Origin: Octopus vulgaris
Taxonomy: Eukaryota
Direction: 5' to 3'
Length of the DNA stretch: 64,000 nt
NCBI GenBank assembly: GCA_951406725.2
Contig: OX597821.1
Location: 64,046,001 to 64,110,000 of the forward strand
Under the pieces are notes generated by a model that worked only from the letters and a program-made list of their open reading frames with translations, did not search any database and was not told the DNA's origin. Shown here in pieces: positions 12,886 to 27,155 of this stretch. Made by a program: the position numbers and the translations under genes. Positions within the stretch are counted from its first letter, which is position 1, and each line of letters starts with the position of its first letter.

Positions 12886-14691
12886 GACTTGGAAACAAGG
12901 TCAAGGATTCTGAGGAGAATAGATTGATCCATATTGTAGGTCAGTCCCCAGTTCTCAAGTGAAACCTGATTATGTCAACTCCCAGGGAATGAAAGTTACA
13001 GCTTGCCTTCGACCAAATTTGAACTCTTCACTCGGATCCTGAAGAGTAGAAACACATACCAGAATTGGGTATTAATCGATAGCATCAACCTCTGTACTTG
13101 ACATGAAATTTATTTTATTTCATCGCAGAAGGATGAAAAGCCTATTTGACCTCGAAGAGTTTTGAATTCAGAATGTAACCAGACAAAAGAAATACTGCAC
13201 ACCATTTTTTTGCATGCTTTTGCCATTCTCTCAGATCCTATTGTAGGTACAGGCCAGTACTTTGTAGAGGATGTGGTTTAGTCGATAACGTCGACTCCAG
13301 TATTTGACTAATACTTGATTTCATTGTCTCCAGAACGGGTAAAATGCAGAGTTGATCTCGGCAGGATTTGAACTCAGAACGTAATGAGCCGGTATATTTT
13401 CTATAAATATGTATCGCTTCTTCTTTTTAAGAAGTCATACATATAGCAGGTGTTAAAGGTTGATGCGATGTGAACTCGAAAGCCATGATTGCTCATGCAC
13501 AGCAAGTTATATCTTTCACGACAAATTAATTATTCTACCTGCTCACTGCCTTTAAATTAATGTTTCTAATTAAGGTACTAAACCAATAATTTTAGGAAGC
13601 GGATTTCTCAATTAAATCGACATTGAACTTGACTGCTATAGAATAAAAGGCGGCAGTGATATCGGCAGGATTTGAACCCAGAATATAAATAACTAGGACA
13701 AATATCGCTAGACATTTTTTTTCCGGCGTTCTCACATTACTGTCAACCGACTGTCCTTGATTCTGCCAACATATTAATTGCTTCTGATTTAGGCGCCAGG
13801 CCAGAAATTTAGAAGAACAAGATTAATCAGTACCATTGAAGCTAGGCTGGTTTTTTTCCCACCTAAAGAATATAAACTTACAGCGTGTCTCTGCATAAGC
13901 AATCACGACATTCCGAGTTCGCATTACGATAACGTTTAGCACCTGTTATATGAATGACTTCTTAAAAAAGAGGAGGTTGTACATATAATAGTTAAGCAAC
14001 TAGTGCTTAATAAAAAATACCAGACAAGCAGCAATGCCCACCATCACCTACAATCCCTGACATAAATTCCTCACTAGCACCAATACAGAAGCAACGTGTG
14101 TGTCCACGCATGTGTGTTCATGTCTGTGTGCGCATTTGGATGCGCGCGCTAGCATGTGTCTGAAACCACCGATCTTATAACTGGATACAACCACTAATAA
14201 CTGGATAGCATAAGGTATCCAGTTATAAGAAATATGGATATGGTGCCAATTCGATATGGTCAAGCTTTATACCTATATTTCTGGACGATTCTTATATGGT
14301 CACAGGCTAGTAGCACAAAAGACAGTCATACTTTAGGTTAGTTTCAAAATGTTTATGGTATATTTTAACTGCTAAAGGCAATTTCAATGTTGTTTACCGT
14401 TGAGAAAAAGATTTTCCCGCTTATGGTTAAGGTGTAAACACACCATTGTCAACTCAGTGGTGCCCTCTATTTCACTATTTGTTATATTTCTGGCTCGTTA
14501 TGCCTTCTCCAATAGGAGATAATCTTGAGATGATTAGAAAGCAAATACTTTTTTAATACACCCGTCAACGCGTTTGCAAAAGATATTTGTTTAGAAGACC
14601 CTATTACCATCATTTGATCCCTGATACCTATGTTCTAACATCATTATATGTTTGGTTGAAACTGTACGCGTATATATGCGTATGTGCATAT

Positions 14692-14919
14692 GGCGGCGAG
14701 CTGGCAGAAACGTTAGCACGCCGGGCGAAATTCTTAGCGGTATTTCGTCTGCCGTTACGTTCTGAGTTCAAATTCCGCCGAGGTCGACTTTGCCTTTCAT
14801 CCTTTCGGGGTCGATAAATTAAATACCAGTTACGCACTGGGGTCGATATAATCGACTTAATCCGTCTGTCTGTCCTTGTTTGTCTCCTCTGTGTTTAGCC
14901 CCTTGTGGGTAGTAAAGAG
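14692..14919 (+). mobile_element. Full-length SINE S1 with tail type 2 and 20-bp TSD
   Basis: Head ggcggcgagctggcagaaacgttag, B-box-like gagttcaaattcc, central gcctttcatcctttcggggtcgataaa. TSD atatatgcgtatgtgcatat at 14672-14691 and 14920-14939. Confidence 0.9.
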
Positions 14920-15391
14920 ATATATGCGTATGTGCATATATAAATCTATATATGGATGTATATGTGTGAGCGCGCTCGTGTATATACGTGTACACCCGTG
15001 CGTGTACGAACATGAATGTGTGTATGTATAGTTACGGATTCACATAGGCATGTATGTATAATTACATACGAGTTTTATCTATCACTAAATCTTTGGGGAA
15101 ACTAATTTAGGGATTTTTTTTCATTCCATTTAGAATTTAATATGTATGATACTCAGCATCTGTTTCTGCTTAATTAATTCACTATTTCATTCTCCATTCA
15201 CGCTAAAATTTACGAACCGATGACATGATCGTTCAGGATCTATTATTAACAGGGTTTTTTTCTTTATTTAGAGTTCATTTTATGTTGGCAGCAGAGTTCA
15301 CCAACGTATTATCCATTTAATAAACTACACGAAAAAATACAGACTCTCGACAGCAGGGGTTCCCAACCTCCATGTGTGGACCATTACCGGC

Positions 15392-16375
15392 CGCGAATTT
15401 TTTTCCCACGAGAGTTCCGAATCCCAGTAATGTACTCATTTGCATACAGCTAATCAGGCTCACTTTCACCATGTCGAGTTAACAAATGTTAGCATTCAAA
15501 ATGGCGCCTCTGATTACTATGCGAATCTCGTATTGTGCTCTCCTTCAGATGCCAATATTATCGATACTGAGCACATACACTTGTTAGCGGTAGGTTCTAA
15601 TTACTATAGCGATCAAAGATAATGTTTTGGACGAATATGAAAGTACTGAAACTGCTTGAAGGTTTTATAAATACACTGTTGTCAATATTCTGAAAATATC
15701 ACTCCACCGAGGTCGACTTTGCCTTTCATCCTTTCGGGGTCGATAAATTTAAGTACTACTTGCGTACTGGAGTTGATCTAATCGACTGGTCCCCTCCCCA
15801 AAAATTTCGGGCCTGCTGCCTTGGGTAGAAAAGAGTATTTGTTAACAACGTGTTATGTCTCCGGTAATTTTATTTCATGTAAATAAATATTATATAGCTG
15901 CAATTTTTAGCTCCCCTTACAACCACCAGTGTTTAATGCAAATGCGATAAACAACACGTCACATGCGATAAATACATTACAATTTTTAACAGAAAGATTT
16001 TGAAGAATTAGATGAGAGTTCTCCCGTAATGTTCTTTCATGTAAATAAATGTTTATGCTAATTTAAAAGAGAAAACCAGTTTTAAATCTCTGAGCGAGAT
16101 GTTACCACATAAACTTTAATTTAAAAGATTTATTAAAAAAATCTTATTTAGCTGTTATTTTTTGCACATCGCACAGCCATCTCAATGCTCAGTGACAAAA
16201 AGAAACAAACATCAACCTAGACGGTGAAGTTGCTGCCTGCCAGCAGAGAGGGAAAGAGTAAAGAACGGTGCTGACTAGAAAGGAAGAAAAGATAAAGGTG
16301 GCTCTGCTCTAATTGTTTATATGAAAATGAGTTCATTACTGGGGGGCTAGAACTCTCGTGGGAAAAAAATTTCGC
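15392..16375. mobile_element. MITE-like element with long imperfect TIRs and a nested S1 SINE (~15700-15835)
   Basis: gcgaatt(t)ncccacgagagttc..cccagtaatgtactcatttgcata versus tatgaaaatgagttcattactggg..gaactctcgtgggaaaaaaatttcgc. A related end lies at ~63583-63650. Confidence 0.65.
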
Positions 16376-17027
16376 ATACTGGCTGTGAATTATTTGGTTC
16401 CGAGCCCTGAATTGTTTAGTACCCAGCCAAACAGAAAGAATACATTAGCCTGCATGACGTGTTTGCATTAAATATTTATTATGAAGGCAATGAGCCAGCA
16501 GAAACGTTAGCAGACAGGATAAAATATGTAGTGACATATCGTCAGGTTTTACGTTCTGAGGTTAAATCCCAGCGCGGTCGATTTGCCTTTCATCCTTATA
16601 CAAAAATTATACGAGTATTTAAAAAAATTTTCATTCGATAAATGTTTTTACATTACATATACATTAATAGAATAGACTGTCGGTTTTCAAAATAGCGAAT
16701 TAAAACTTGAAATGAAAACATTAAAAGAGAAAATGAATCTTTGCAAATAAAAACGGAATACTCCGCAGTGAATGTAATGAATATTTAAATTTGTGAAGAA
16801 TTGGCGCAGTGAATGCAATGAATATTTAAATATGCGAGAAATTGGAGTTAAAAAATTCACTAAACTTGAGAAATCGAAATTATAGGAAATCTCTTAAAAC
16901 CTGAATTTATAAAAATATTTCCAATCGGTCAATCCTTTAATAATTACCTCCTTTTAGTACTTTTAGTAATTGTTACATACCTAACTAATAAGCAGCTTTC
17001 TCCATTAAGGTATAGATTACGTCAGTA

Positions 17028-17090
<63 letters not shown>

Positions 17091-17585
17091 AGCTTAGAGA
17101 AGAAGAAGAAACGAAACGAAACCAATATGATATGCACTTTATTGTGTTTTGTAACGCGCGTGATCCGCTGGTCCGTGGAAAATTGTCTTGTATGAACCGT
17201 TCAGTGGTGAAGGATGCGTCTAGATAATATCCTGTAGGTTAGGAATATTTACCAAAGCATAATTCATAATGTACTGTCTGTAAAAAAAGGCTGGACGCTT
17301 TGGATAATATTATGTTGTAAACACTATGTATGAAATAAAGACAAGATGGCCACAGGTAGAAAATACATTGACTATAAATCAACTCGATCGGGAAAGATAT
17401 GAGTCTACAACCATAAACAACAACGAAAATAACAATAACGGCAACGATAAAGACAACAATAACAAGAAAACACTCATAAGGACTAGTCTATGTAATATTT
17501 AATCGTTTGGACTGCCTGTGATTTATTCATGTGAAAGTTGACACAGAGCCATGAGATAACGATCGCAAAACAATATCTGATATGA

Positions 17586-17621
<36 letters not shown>

Positions 17622-18229
17622 TGTAAGTCTAAAAATATCTAATGAGAGACATTTTTGGTAGTACACATTGACTTGGAACTAACCGTATCTAAACCTTATA
17701 AGAAACCTAAGGAAAGCTAAACCATAATAAAAGCTAAGTGTTTTCACCATCGAGGTTGCTTTTTTTTATAAATACAAAATGATATTTTAGTTGACTGAAG
17801 ATTCTATGGAATATCACAGATAATATTCAAAGATATATTATGTAACCATTTGGTGAGAATACGTGCAACGATATTATATGATATTATCATTCCTAGAGAC
17901 TGTATAAATCAATAATTTGAACTGAGTTTTGTTACTGTCTTCTCTAGTAATTCATAAAGCAGGATACATTCACATAACACGCACAGATAGATAGAGGGAC
18001 GCACACGCACACACATACACACATGTATATATATACATGCAGATTATATAGATGGGTATACATATATGATATATATATATATATACATATATAAGTATAT
18101 ACGTGTGCTTATATAAATAGATAGATAGATGTGTATATACATATAACTATATATCAATGTATATATGTGTGTACTTTGTATGAGTAAAAACACATAAATG
18201 TATGCATATATTACACGCACATATTCTTA

Positions 18230-18295
<66 letters not shown>

Positions 18296-18330
18296 CATTC
18301 ATACATTATCTATCTATATATATATATATA

Positions 18331-18349
<19 letters not shown>

Positions 18350-18361
<12 letters not shown>

Positions 18362-18536
18362 TTGTTTCCTCACCATCGCTTGACAATCGATGTTGGTGAG
18401 TTTACGTCCCCGTAACTTAGCAGTTCCGCAAAGGTGAACCGATAGAATAAGTACTAGGCTAGGCTTACGAAGGAGAATTCCTGGGGTTGATTTCTTCGAC
18501 TAAAGGCGGTGCTCCAGCATCGCCGCAGTCAATACT
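18350..18536 (+). mobile_element. SINE family S2, 3' half
   Basis: Body tttacgtccccgtaacttagcagttc matches the 58-kb copy; tail ggcggtgctccagcatcgccgcagtc. Confidence 0.7.
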
Positions 18537-18619
18537 GGGAAAATGCCCGGATGCAGTGAATGGGGTGCACCAACATGGTCTCGGTCTCTGGCTGAAAGCC
18601 ATGAATGATAAAATATTTT

Positions 18620-19062
18620 TTTTCTTTTTTTTTCTAGTTTCGGCTCAGAGCTGTGGTAATGCTGGGGCACCGCCGTTTTGCTACACTGTTATTATTGAGA
18701 GCTTCCTCTAATATGTGGCATTTGGTGAATAAAGGAGTTTGATATCGCTACTCTCATTTGCACCTCTTGCAGCGAGGGAGGTTCATCCGGAACTCCCGAC
18801 AGGAAGAGATACAGTTTTCGTTTGAAGACACCTACATCCACTTTGTGTAGGTCCCTCAGGGTCTTTGAGAGAATGTTAAAATGCTATGGGCCGCTGAAAC
18901 CCAGGCTGTTGTAGTAGCTGGCCCTGAGGCGCGATGGCATTGCTGAGATTTTTGGCAGAGTGCAGTTTCGACCCGTTGTGGCATTGGGGTAGCATTCAAT
19001 GCCAAAATTTGGCACAAATCCTTCCATGATCTTCCAAATGTATATTACTGCATACCTCTCTC
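18620..19062 (-). mobile_element. 3' fragment of CR1-group LINE family A (not in the ORF track)
   Basis: Hand translation of the minus strand gives [26 protein letters not shown]...YNSLGFSGP*...LRDLHKVDV...LSGVPDEP, homologous to the 22.4-22.75 kb C-terminus. Tail ggcggtgccccagcatt; 5' end abuts (TA)n. Confidence 0.85.
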
Positions 19063-19358
19063 ATATATACAAATATATACATACATATATATATCTATAT
19101 ACATACATATATACACATACATATATACACATATATACATACACATATACATACATACATATATATATACATACACATAATTACATAATATACGTGTATA
19201 TATACATATATATATATACATATATATATACATGTATCTATATATATATATATACATATATCTATATATATATACATGTATATATATATTTACATTATAT
19301 ATATTTTTTATATATATTTATGTATATATATTTGTATATATATATGTAAATATACATA

Positions 19359-19389
<31 letters not shown>

Positions 19390-19456
19390 GCATATATATA
19401 TATATGTATATATATGTATATATACATATAGATATATACATATATATGTATATATC

Positions 19457-19512
<56 letters not shown>

Positions 19513-19610
19513 TATATACATATATATATACATATATATATGTATATATACATATATATATACATGTATATATACATATATATATACATATATATACATA
19601 TACATATATA

Positions 19611-19641
<31 letters not shown>

Positions 19642-19656
19642 ATTTATATATATATG

Positions 19657-19728
<72 letters not shown>

Positions 19729-19743
19729 TATATGTATATATGT

Positions 19744-19801
<58 letters not shown>
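19062..19801. repeat. Degenerate (TA)n/(TACA)n tract
   Basis: Directly visible. Confidence 0.95.
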
Positions 19802-19804
<3 letters not shown>

Positions 19805-20278
19805 AGTAATATTCAGTGAACAAAAAAGGAATTACAAAATCAACAATATTTCTGTAGATATGAGATTGAAAATGGTTGTGTGCCTGTTTATACGCACTTC
19901 ATACATATATACATAATGTGTGCGTGCGTGTGCCTTTGTGTGTGTGTGTATGTGCGTGTGAGTGTGTTCGTATGTAGGTATATACGTATGAATTTATGTA
20001 TGTATGGATTTATGTATGCGTGTATGAATGCATGAATTATATTTCTGCGTACCGCTTACGTCAATGTATGTGCATAAATATGAATTATAGTCGTCTTACA
20101 TTCTTCCATCTCACAATTTTAATATAACTACTGCCCCGAAGTTATTAAATTCCTATATGAATATGTGGATCAAAAGGTTGTATAAATGTTTTTTTAAATT
20201 GCGTGGATCGTGCAGAATACACGCTCACAAAAGAGATAAAAACAAATCTTTATCGGCAATATGTACCAACGTATAATC

Positions 20279-20323
<45 letters not shown>

Positions 20324-20591
20324 ATAGCGTTCATATTCTGGAATCAGTTTCGCCTGCAGACATTTTATGACGAAAAAATGCACCCTTACACATCCACCTA
20401 CAGCTTACCTACCTCATATATATATACATATTAATATGTGCATGAACCCTAACATACACATCAGCATATATTAAACATACATATATATACATACACTTAC
20501 ATGTATAAACATTTTCACACACACATAAATAAATAAATATATATATGTATATATGTGTGTGTATATCTATCTATCTATCTATCTATCTACA

Positions 20592-20657
<66 letters not shown>

Positions 20658-21439
20658 CATATATATATATATTCTGTGGCATGCCTTGTTGCACGTGCAC
20701 TCTATTAGATATTTTCCAGATTAACGATCCGCTCCTATTCCCAAACTGCATTGTAATCGTATTAGTTACATTCAGATTGGCTAGATTGTTACCAATATGA
20801 TCCATATATTATTAGAAATTGTCTCAGACCTACTACTGTTATTTCGAATGCATTTAATGTATGTGTGTGCGAGGATGTGTATGTTGCTTGCGTGTATGTT
20901 TTCTCAACAGAGATTTAAGCTTGTTGCTAACAAACCGAGAAGACGTTTTGAGTTAAGCGATTTCTTGGTATTCGTAAATATTTCATTCGGATGGTGCGTT
21001 TGTTGGGCTTTCGATGCACAGACCCATGTGTGGGCATCTGTTCATCTAAACAATCTCAAATGGAGCATCTTCAGAATGTTTCCCAAATCTTCACTGTGCC
21101 GCCAATAGATTGAATTTGGAGAAACCCCGTCAGTTTCTTTTGCTCTTTGTCAAGGCTTTTGTGTCAATTTGTAGAAACATAGCCTAATTCATCTAAGATG
21201 ATAGGTGCAAATGTGAATTTATGTCTGAGAACAAGAGCGGTAAGTTCTGCATTAACTCGCCATAAAGGTTCTCTTTTTCGTGGACTTATGAGTATCTAGG
21301 GCCGCATGTTATAACACGATTTAGGTGCCAACACTGTCTAAAGAGCCAAATAACGTCTAATTGATCCTGGATTTGAGAAATCTAGTCAGCAGAAAGTTTT
21401 GCGATGTATAGGAAGTTTTGTGTGAATATATATATATAC

Positions 21440-21491
<52 letters not shown>

Positions 21492-21493
<2 letters not shown>

Positions 21494-21768
21494 TAGAATA
21501 ACTTAGAAAGGTTTTTGGCCAGTATTGGCCCAGGCCATGTCTAACTTAATAGCACCACCTGGCGAAGTCTTTCAGTTCAGGATTTGGGCACCAAGGCCCA
21601 TTCGAGCAGAGAGTTATTGTTTGCGGAGACATATCCGGGTGTGGATGGTTTGTCCGGTACTGTTTGAAGGAATTTGTCCAAAGACTTCTTGAATTTTGTG
21701 TGGTCAGTTTCTTTTTTGACGTGTCCTGGTGTAATGTTGAAGAGAGCGGGTCCAATTGAGGTGAAATA
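21492..21768 (-). mobile_element. Short 3'-terminal copy of LINE family B inside (TA)n
   Basis: [41 protein letters not shown]...EWALVPKS plus a 3' UTR nearly identical to 5884-6160. Confidence 0.92.
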
Positions 21769-21785
21769 TATATATATATATATAA

Positions 21786-21820
<35 letters not shown>

Positions 21821-22075
21821 CATATATATACATACATATATATATACATACATATATATATATATATACATACATATATATATATATATACATACATATA
21901 TATATATACATACATATATATATACATACATATATATATATACATACATATATATATACATACATATATATATATACATACATATATATATATACATATA
22001 TATATACATATATATATATATACATATATATATATACATATATATATACATATATATATATACATATATATATAC

Positions 22076-22106
<31 letters not shown>

Positions 22107-22317
22107 CATATATATATATACATATATATATACATACATACATATATATATATACATATATATATATACATACATACATATATATATACATACATATATA
22201 TATATACATACATATATATATATATACATATATATATATACATATATATACATACATATATATATACATATATATATACATACATATATATATAGATACA
22301 TATATATATACATATAT

Positions 22318-24953
22318 ACTCTTTTACTCTTTTACTTGTTTCAGCCATCCGGCTGAGGCCATGCTGGGGCACCGCCCTTGTTGCTACCCTCTCTAAGTCC
22401 AGTTTGCCGTGGCTGGCCACTGATCTAAGATAGAGTTTGTAGCTGCTGCCCTTAGGTTACCTTCGTACCTTGCAGTGGGTTCATCTGGGATCCCGGAAAG
22501 CAGCTTGTCTAGATGTTTTTTGAAAATGTCCACATCCGCATCATGTAGATCTCTTAGTTTTCTTGGCAGTTTGTTGAACAGCTGAGGGCCCCTGAACCCC
22601 AGGCTATTACAGTATCTGCTCCTTACCCTGGATGTGGAAGACGGGACCTTTGGCACCACACAGTACGGGGATTGGAACAGCTCTCAATTCCAAAATTTGG
22701 TGCTAGTCCCTCCAGGATTTTCCATATGTACATCACTGCATATCTCTCTCGTCTTCGTTCCAAGGAGTACACATTGAGTTCCCTAAGCCTCTCCCAATAG
22801 CTCTTTTCTTTCATGGTGGAAATCCTCTTGGTGAAATGTCTTTCGATTGTCTCAAGCTCTGTGGTTAGTTTGACACTATGCGGTGACCACAGTTGGGAGC
22901 AGTAGTCCAGGCGGCTTAGGATAAATGTCCTCCATAGTGTCAACATGGTCTCGCAGTCTCTTGTCCGGAATGTCCTCAGGATCCAGCCAGTGAGTCGTCT
23001 GCACATTGTCGCCACCTTCGCGATGTGTGAAGAAAAAGATGCATCGTCACTCATGTCTATCCCCAGGTCCCGTATTGATTTCGATACTGGGATTTCGATC
23101 CCTCCTGGACCAGTATAGTTGTGTTGTAATGTATATGTGTTTACAGCTTGATATTGTAAGGCTTGAAATTTACCAGCATTAAATTGCATGTTGTTGTCTT
23201 CAGCCCATTTGTATATGGCATCCAGATCTTGTTGTAAAAGGTCAGCATCAGCTGGGTTTTTGATTGCCTGTGCTACCTTTGTGTCATCAGCATAGCTAGT
23301 GAGGGATGTTGTTTGTGCTACCAAGGGCATGTCAGAGAGCGCCACCAAAAACAGCAAGGGTCCCAAGACTGTGCCCTGTGGCACCCCGCTTGCTATTGGT
23401 GTCTTTCCCGAGAGGGCTCCATTGGCTGCAACCATCTGGCTTCTGTCCTTCAGGAAGTCATGTATCCACTCACCTACTTTTCCTGTTATGCCAAGTCTGA
23501 GTAATTTGTGACATATCACTCCGTGGTCGACTTTGTCAAAGGCCTTCGCAAAGTCGAGATATACCACATCCACCTGTGAGCGATCCAGTAGTTGTTTCAG
23601 TACCCAGTCGTAGTGTTGTAACAGCTGCGTAAGGCAGCTTCTTCCTGGGCGAAAGCCATGCTGTGTGTCAGTGAGACGGTTAGTTTCTTCCAGGAACGTG
23701 ATCAGTTTTTTCTGATGATTCGTTCCATGACCTTACTTATGTGTGACGTCAGGGAGACTGGCCTGTAGTTTTTGGCCTCTGCTCTACTCCCTCCTTTGTG
23801 GATAGGGCATATGGTGCCTTCTTTTAGCGCCCTGGGCAGTTTACCGTTAGCCAAGGAACCACTGAAGAGCTTCTTCAGTGGTCCCGCTAGGGCATGCCTG
23901 CATGTTTTTAGGAGGACTGCTGGGAATCCATCTGGTCCAGCAGCTGAGTTTATTCTCATTTCTTCTATGGCAGATATTACATCCCTCTCTGTTATGTCTA
24001 TGTGGTCGATGGTTGTTGTTTGGTTTTGGAGTGTTGTGGCATCAAAGAAAACTTCTGGGTTTGTGATTTGCATGTGCCCCAGAGGGGATGTGAACACACG
24101 TTTATACTGTTCCTTTAGTATTTCACTTATCCCTTGGGGGTCCTCAGTTAGAGAGCCCTTTTTATCAAAGAGTGGGCCAATCTTGCAGTGTACCGAGGTG
24201 GTTTCTTTCGCAAATTTAAAGAAAGCTTTAGGGTTTGTTTTAATATTCTCTATGGCCCTGGCTTCTCTCTCTGCCCTCTCCTTCTCATAGGAAAGTTTGA
24301 GTGCAGTTTCCGTTTCAAAAAGTTTCAGGTGGAGTCCCTCATTGTTTCTCTGCCGTGCATTCAGTTGCTTCGAGAGCTTAGCTCTTCGCCTCATAAGTAT
24401 TTTCCTGTCTCTGGGAATAACGTTCCTATGCCCGCTGGCTTTTTTCTCCGGGACAAACTTATGGCATATGTTCTGTATTGTTGTCATGAAATGTTGGAAA
24501 TGTGTGTTGGTGTCTTGTGTGGTGATGAAGTTACTCCAGTCATGTTTTCGGATCTCTTCGTTGATCTTCTTCCAGTTTGCCTTATGGAAGTTTAGACTGG
24601 ATAGGCCTGTGGTATTTTCTAATGGCTGCGTTTCAACTAACTCTCTCATACCATATATCATTACCTCTACTAAGTTGTGATCTGAGAGAATTGTTGGTTT
24701 TACCATTATGTTGTGAATGAGCATCGGGTTGCTTGTGAAACAGAGGTCCAAGACATTCTCACCTCTTGTTGGCCGAAGCACTGCTTGTTCCATGAAAAAC
24801 TTGCGTGTGAGAGCCAACAAGGACTCTGTCTGTCTCTGTTCAAGTGATGTCATTCCAGGGAGGAGATGGCCATCTGGCCATTTGACTTTCGGGAGGTTAA
24901 AATCTCCCAGCAGTAGAATGGTGTTACCCTGGTCCAGTTTGTCCAGGACTTCT
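22318..24953 (-). mobile_element. 5'-truncated CR1-group LINE family A: ORF2 from the APE endonuclease C-terminus through RT to the 3' tail
   Basis: [27 protein letters not shown] (APE); [33 protein letters not shown] (RT). Frameshifts near 23705 and 22655; tail (gtaaaaga)2; TA tracts on both sides. Confidence 0.95.
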
Positions 24954-25537
<584 letters not shown>

Positions 25538-26368
25538 TACTAGCAGCATAGCCCGGCGTTGCCCGGGTATGTAAGAGCCCCTAGTATGCAACGACTAATC
25601 CCAATCTAGTCCTTTCCCTCTAGGGAACGAAGGCACATGTGTAGATTGCAATGTCTTCTCTTCACTCGAATACTTCTGTGTATACGATGTTCCTAGCTGT
25701 TCTTTTGGGCGAAAACATGAAAACATCATTGCGCCTCCCAAAAGAGTTAAAAAGGTCGAGTTGCGTCCCCTAGACAGTCTGTGGTTTGTGTTTAATGCAC
25801 AAATCGGTTTGCTATGTGTGCCACATATGATTTAATTAACCGATTTTTTCCAGTAATAAAGTATCCTATTGGAATAAAAAAGGCCATATAGCTCCTTGGA
25901 GCAGACATGATGCTCGTTGTGAATTTTAAAAAAAATTCCTGCCAATTTGTGAAAGATATTGTCGAAAATATGTCATCTTGAATTTGAACGCGATTTCCCA
26001 AAATGGCATGATTTTATCGATTTTTTCTGATGGTAAGGTATTGCATGGAAATCTAACGTCAGAATTAAGTTTCTTAGGGTAACATTAAGCTTCACCATGA
26101 GTTTGGTGAAAATCTATTGCAAGTTGCGAAAACTACAACAGAAAAGGAGTTGCATATAAAACGCTTAGATTCTCGACCCCATGTCGAATTTATCGATTTT
26201 TTTCAGAACTGGAGGAACTTTTCAAACTTTTCGCTGCGTTAGTTTTGAATTATGACATTGGGCTATGTGTGTGTCAAGTTTCATCAGAATCGGTTGAAAG
26301 CCGTAGTCAGGGTGAGGGTACAACCTGACAGACAAACAGACACACAGACAGACAAACTGCCGTTTATA
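25538..26368 (+). mobile_element. Non-autonomous Helitron/Helentron-like element (Lep1/DINE-1-like architecture)
   Basis: Start tactagc..., palindrome cccggcgttgcccggg near the 5' end, aagtttcatcagaatcggttga motif and a (CAGA)n tract near the 3' end; no ORF. Confidence 0.55.
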
Positions 26369-26491
26369 GAGAGAGAGATACATATGTATGTATGTATGTA
26401 TATAGTGTACTGTTCCGTGACGGTAAGATCAACCAGAAAGTACTCCATCGGGTTAGAAATAAATATAATTTAATGAACACGATATAGACTT

Positions 26492-26711
26492 TATGAATTA
26501 CTATTAGTTTCATGTGATTAAAACAGCTCAGACAGCATTTTGTAACACGTCTGGTGTCTTCATGCAATCCTCAGACACTGCCCCTCTTTCTAGTGTTTGC
26601 TTGTTATGCCATGTGGACACAGCACAGCCTGAGGATTACGTGAACACATCAGATGTGTTAAAAAATGCCGCCTCAGCTGTTTTCATTGCATGAAACTAAT
26701 AGTTGTTCATA
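26492..26711. repeat. Foldback with ~85-bp imperfect inverted arms
   Basis: tatgaattactattagtttcatg...aatcctcag versus ctgaggatt...catgaaactaatagttgttcata. Confidence 0.75.
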
Positions 26712-26940
26712 AAATATATACTGTGTGTATAAAATAATTACATATATATATACACCATAATGTGTCGTCTGTTTTTCTGTCCGCGTACCTGGAATTGCGT
26801 ATGAACCTGGAATTTAAATACAGTAGGGTAGGAGTTGGCTCAGTTTGGATGCTAACTGACTGTATGTAGGCAACTCCATTAAATCATTTCCATATCTCAT
26901 ATTCTACTACCCATCTTGGCAATTAATATTACTTCAATAG

Positions 26941-27155
26941 AAGGTGGCGAGCTGCGAGAAACATAGGCACTTCGGCCAAAATGCTTAGCGGCATTTCTTT
27001 CGGTTTTACCCTCTGAGTTCTAATTCCGCTGTGGTCTACTTTGCCTTTCCTCCTTTCGGAGTCGATAAATAAGTACCCGTTGACGAGTGGCCCCGATGTA
27101 ATCGACTAGCCGCCTCTCTAAAACATCAGACCTTGTTCCGATATTAGAAAAGATT
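26941..27155 (+). mobile_element. SINE S1 copy with tail type 1
   Basis: aaggtggcgagctg...gcctttcctcctttcggagtcgataaa...ttagaaaag. Confidence 0.75.

Noticed and set aside
15354-17210. hAT/Charlie-like MITE ends (caggggttcccaacc ... ggtccgtggaaaattgtctt)
   Set aside because: Right TIR and 8-bp TSD not found; too decayed to delimit.
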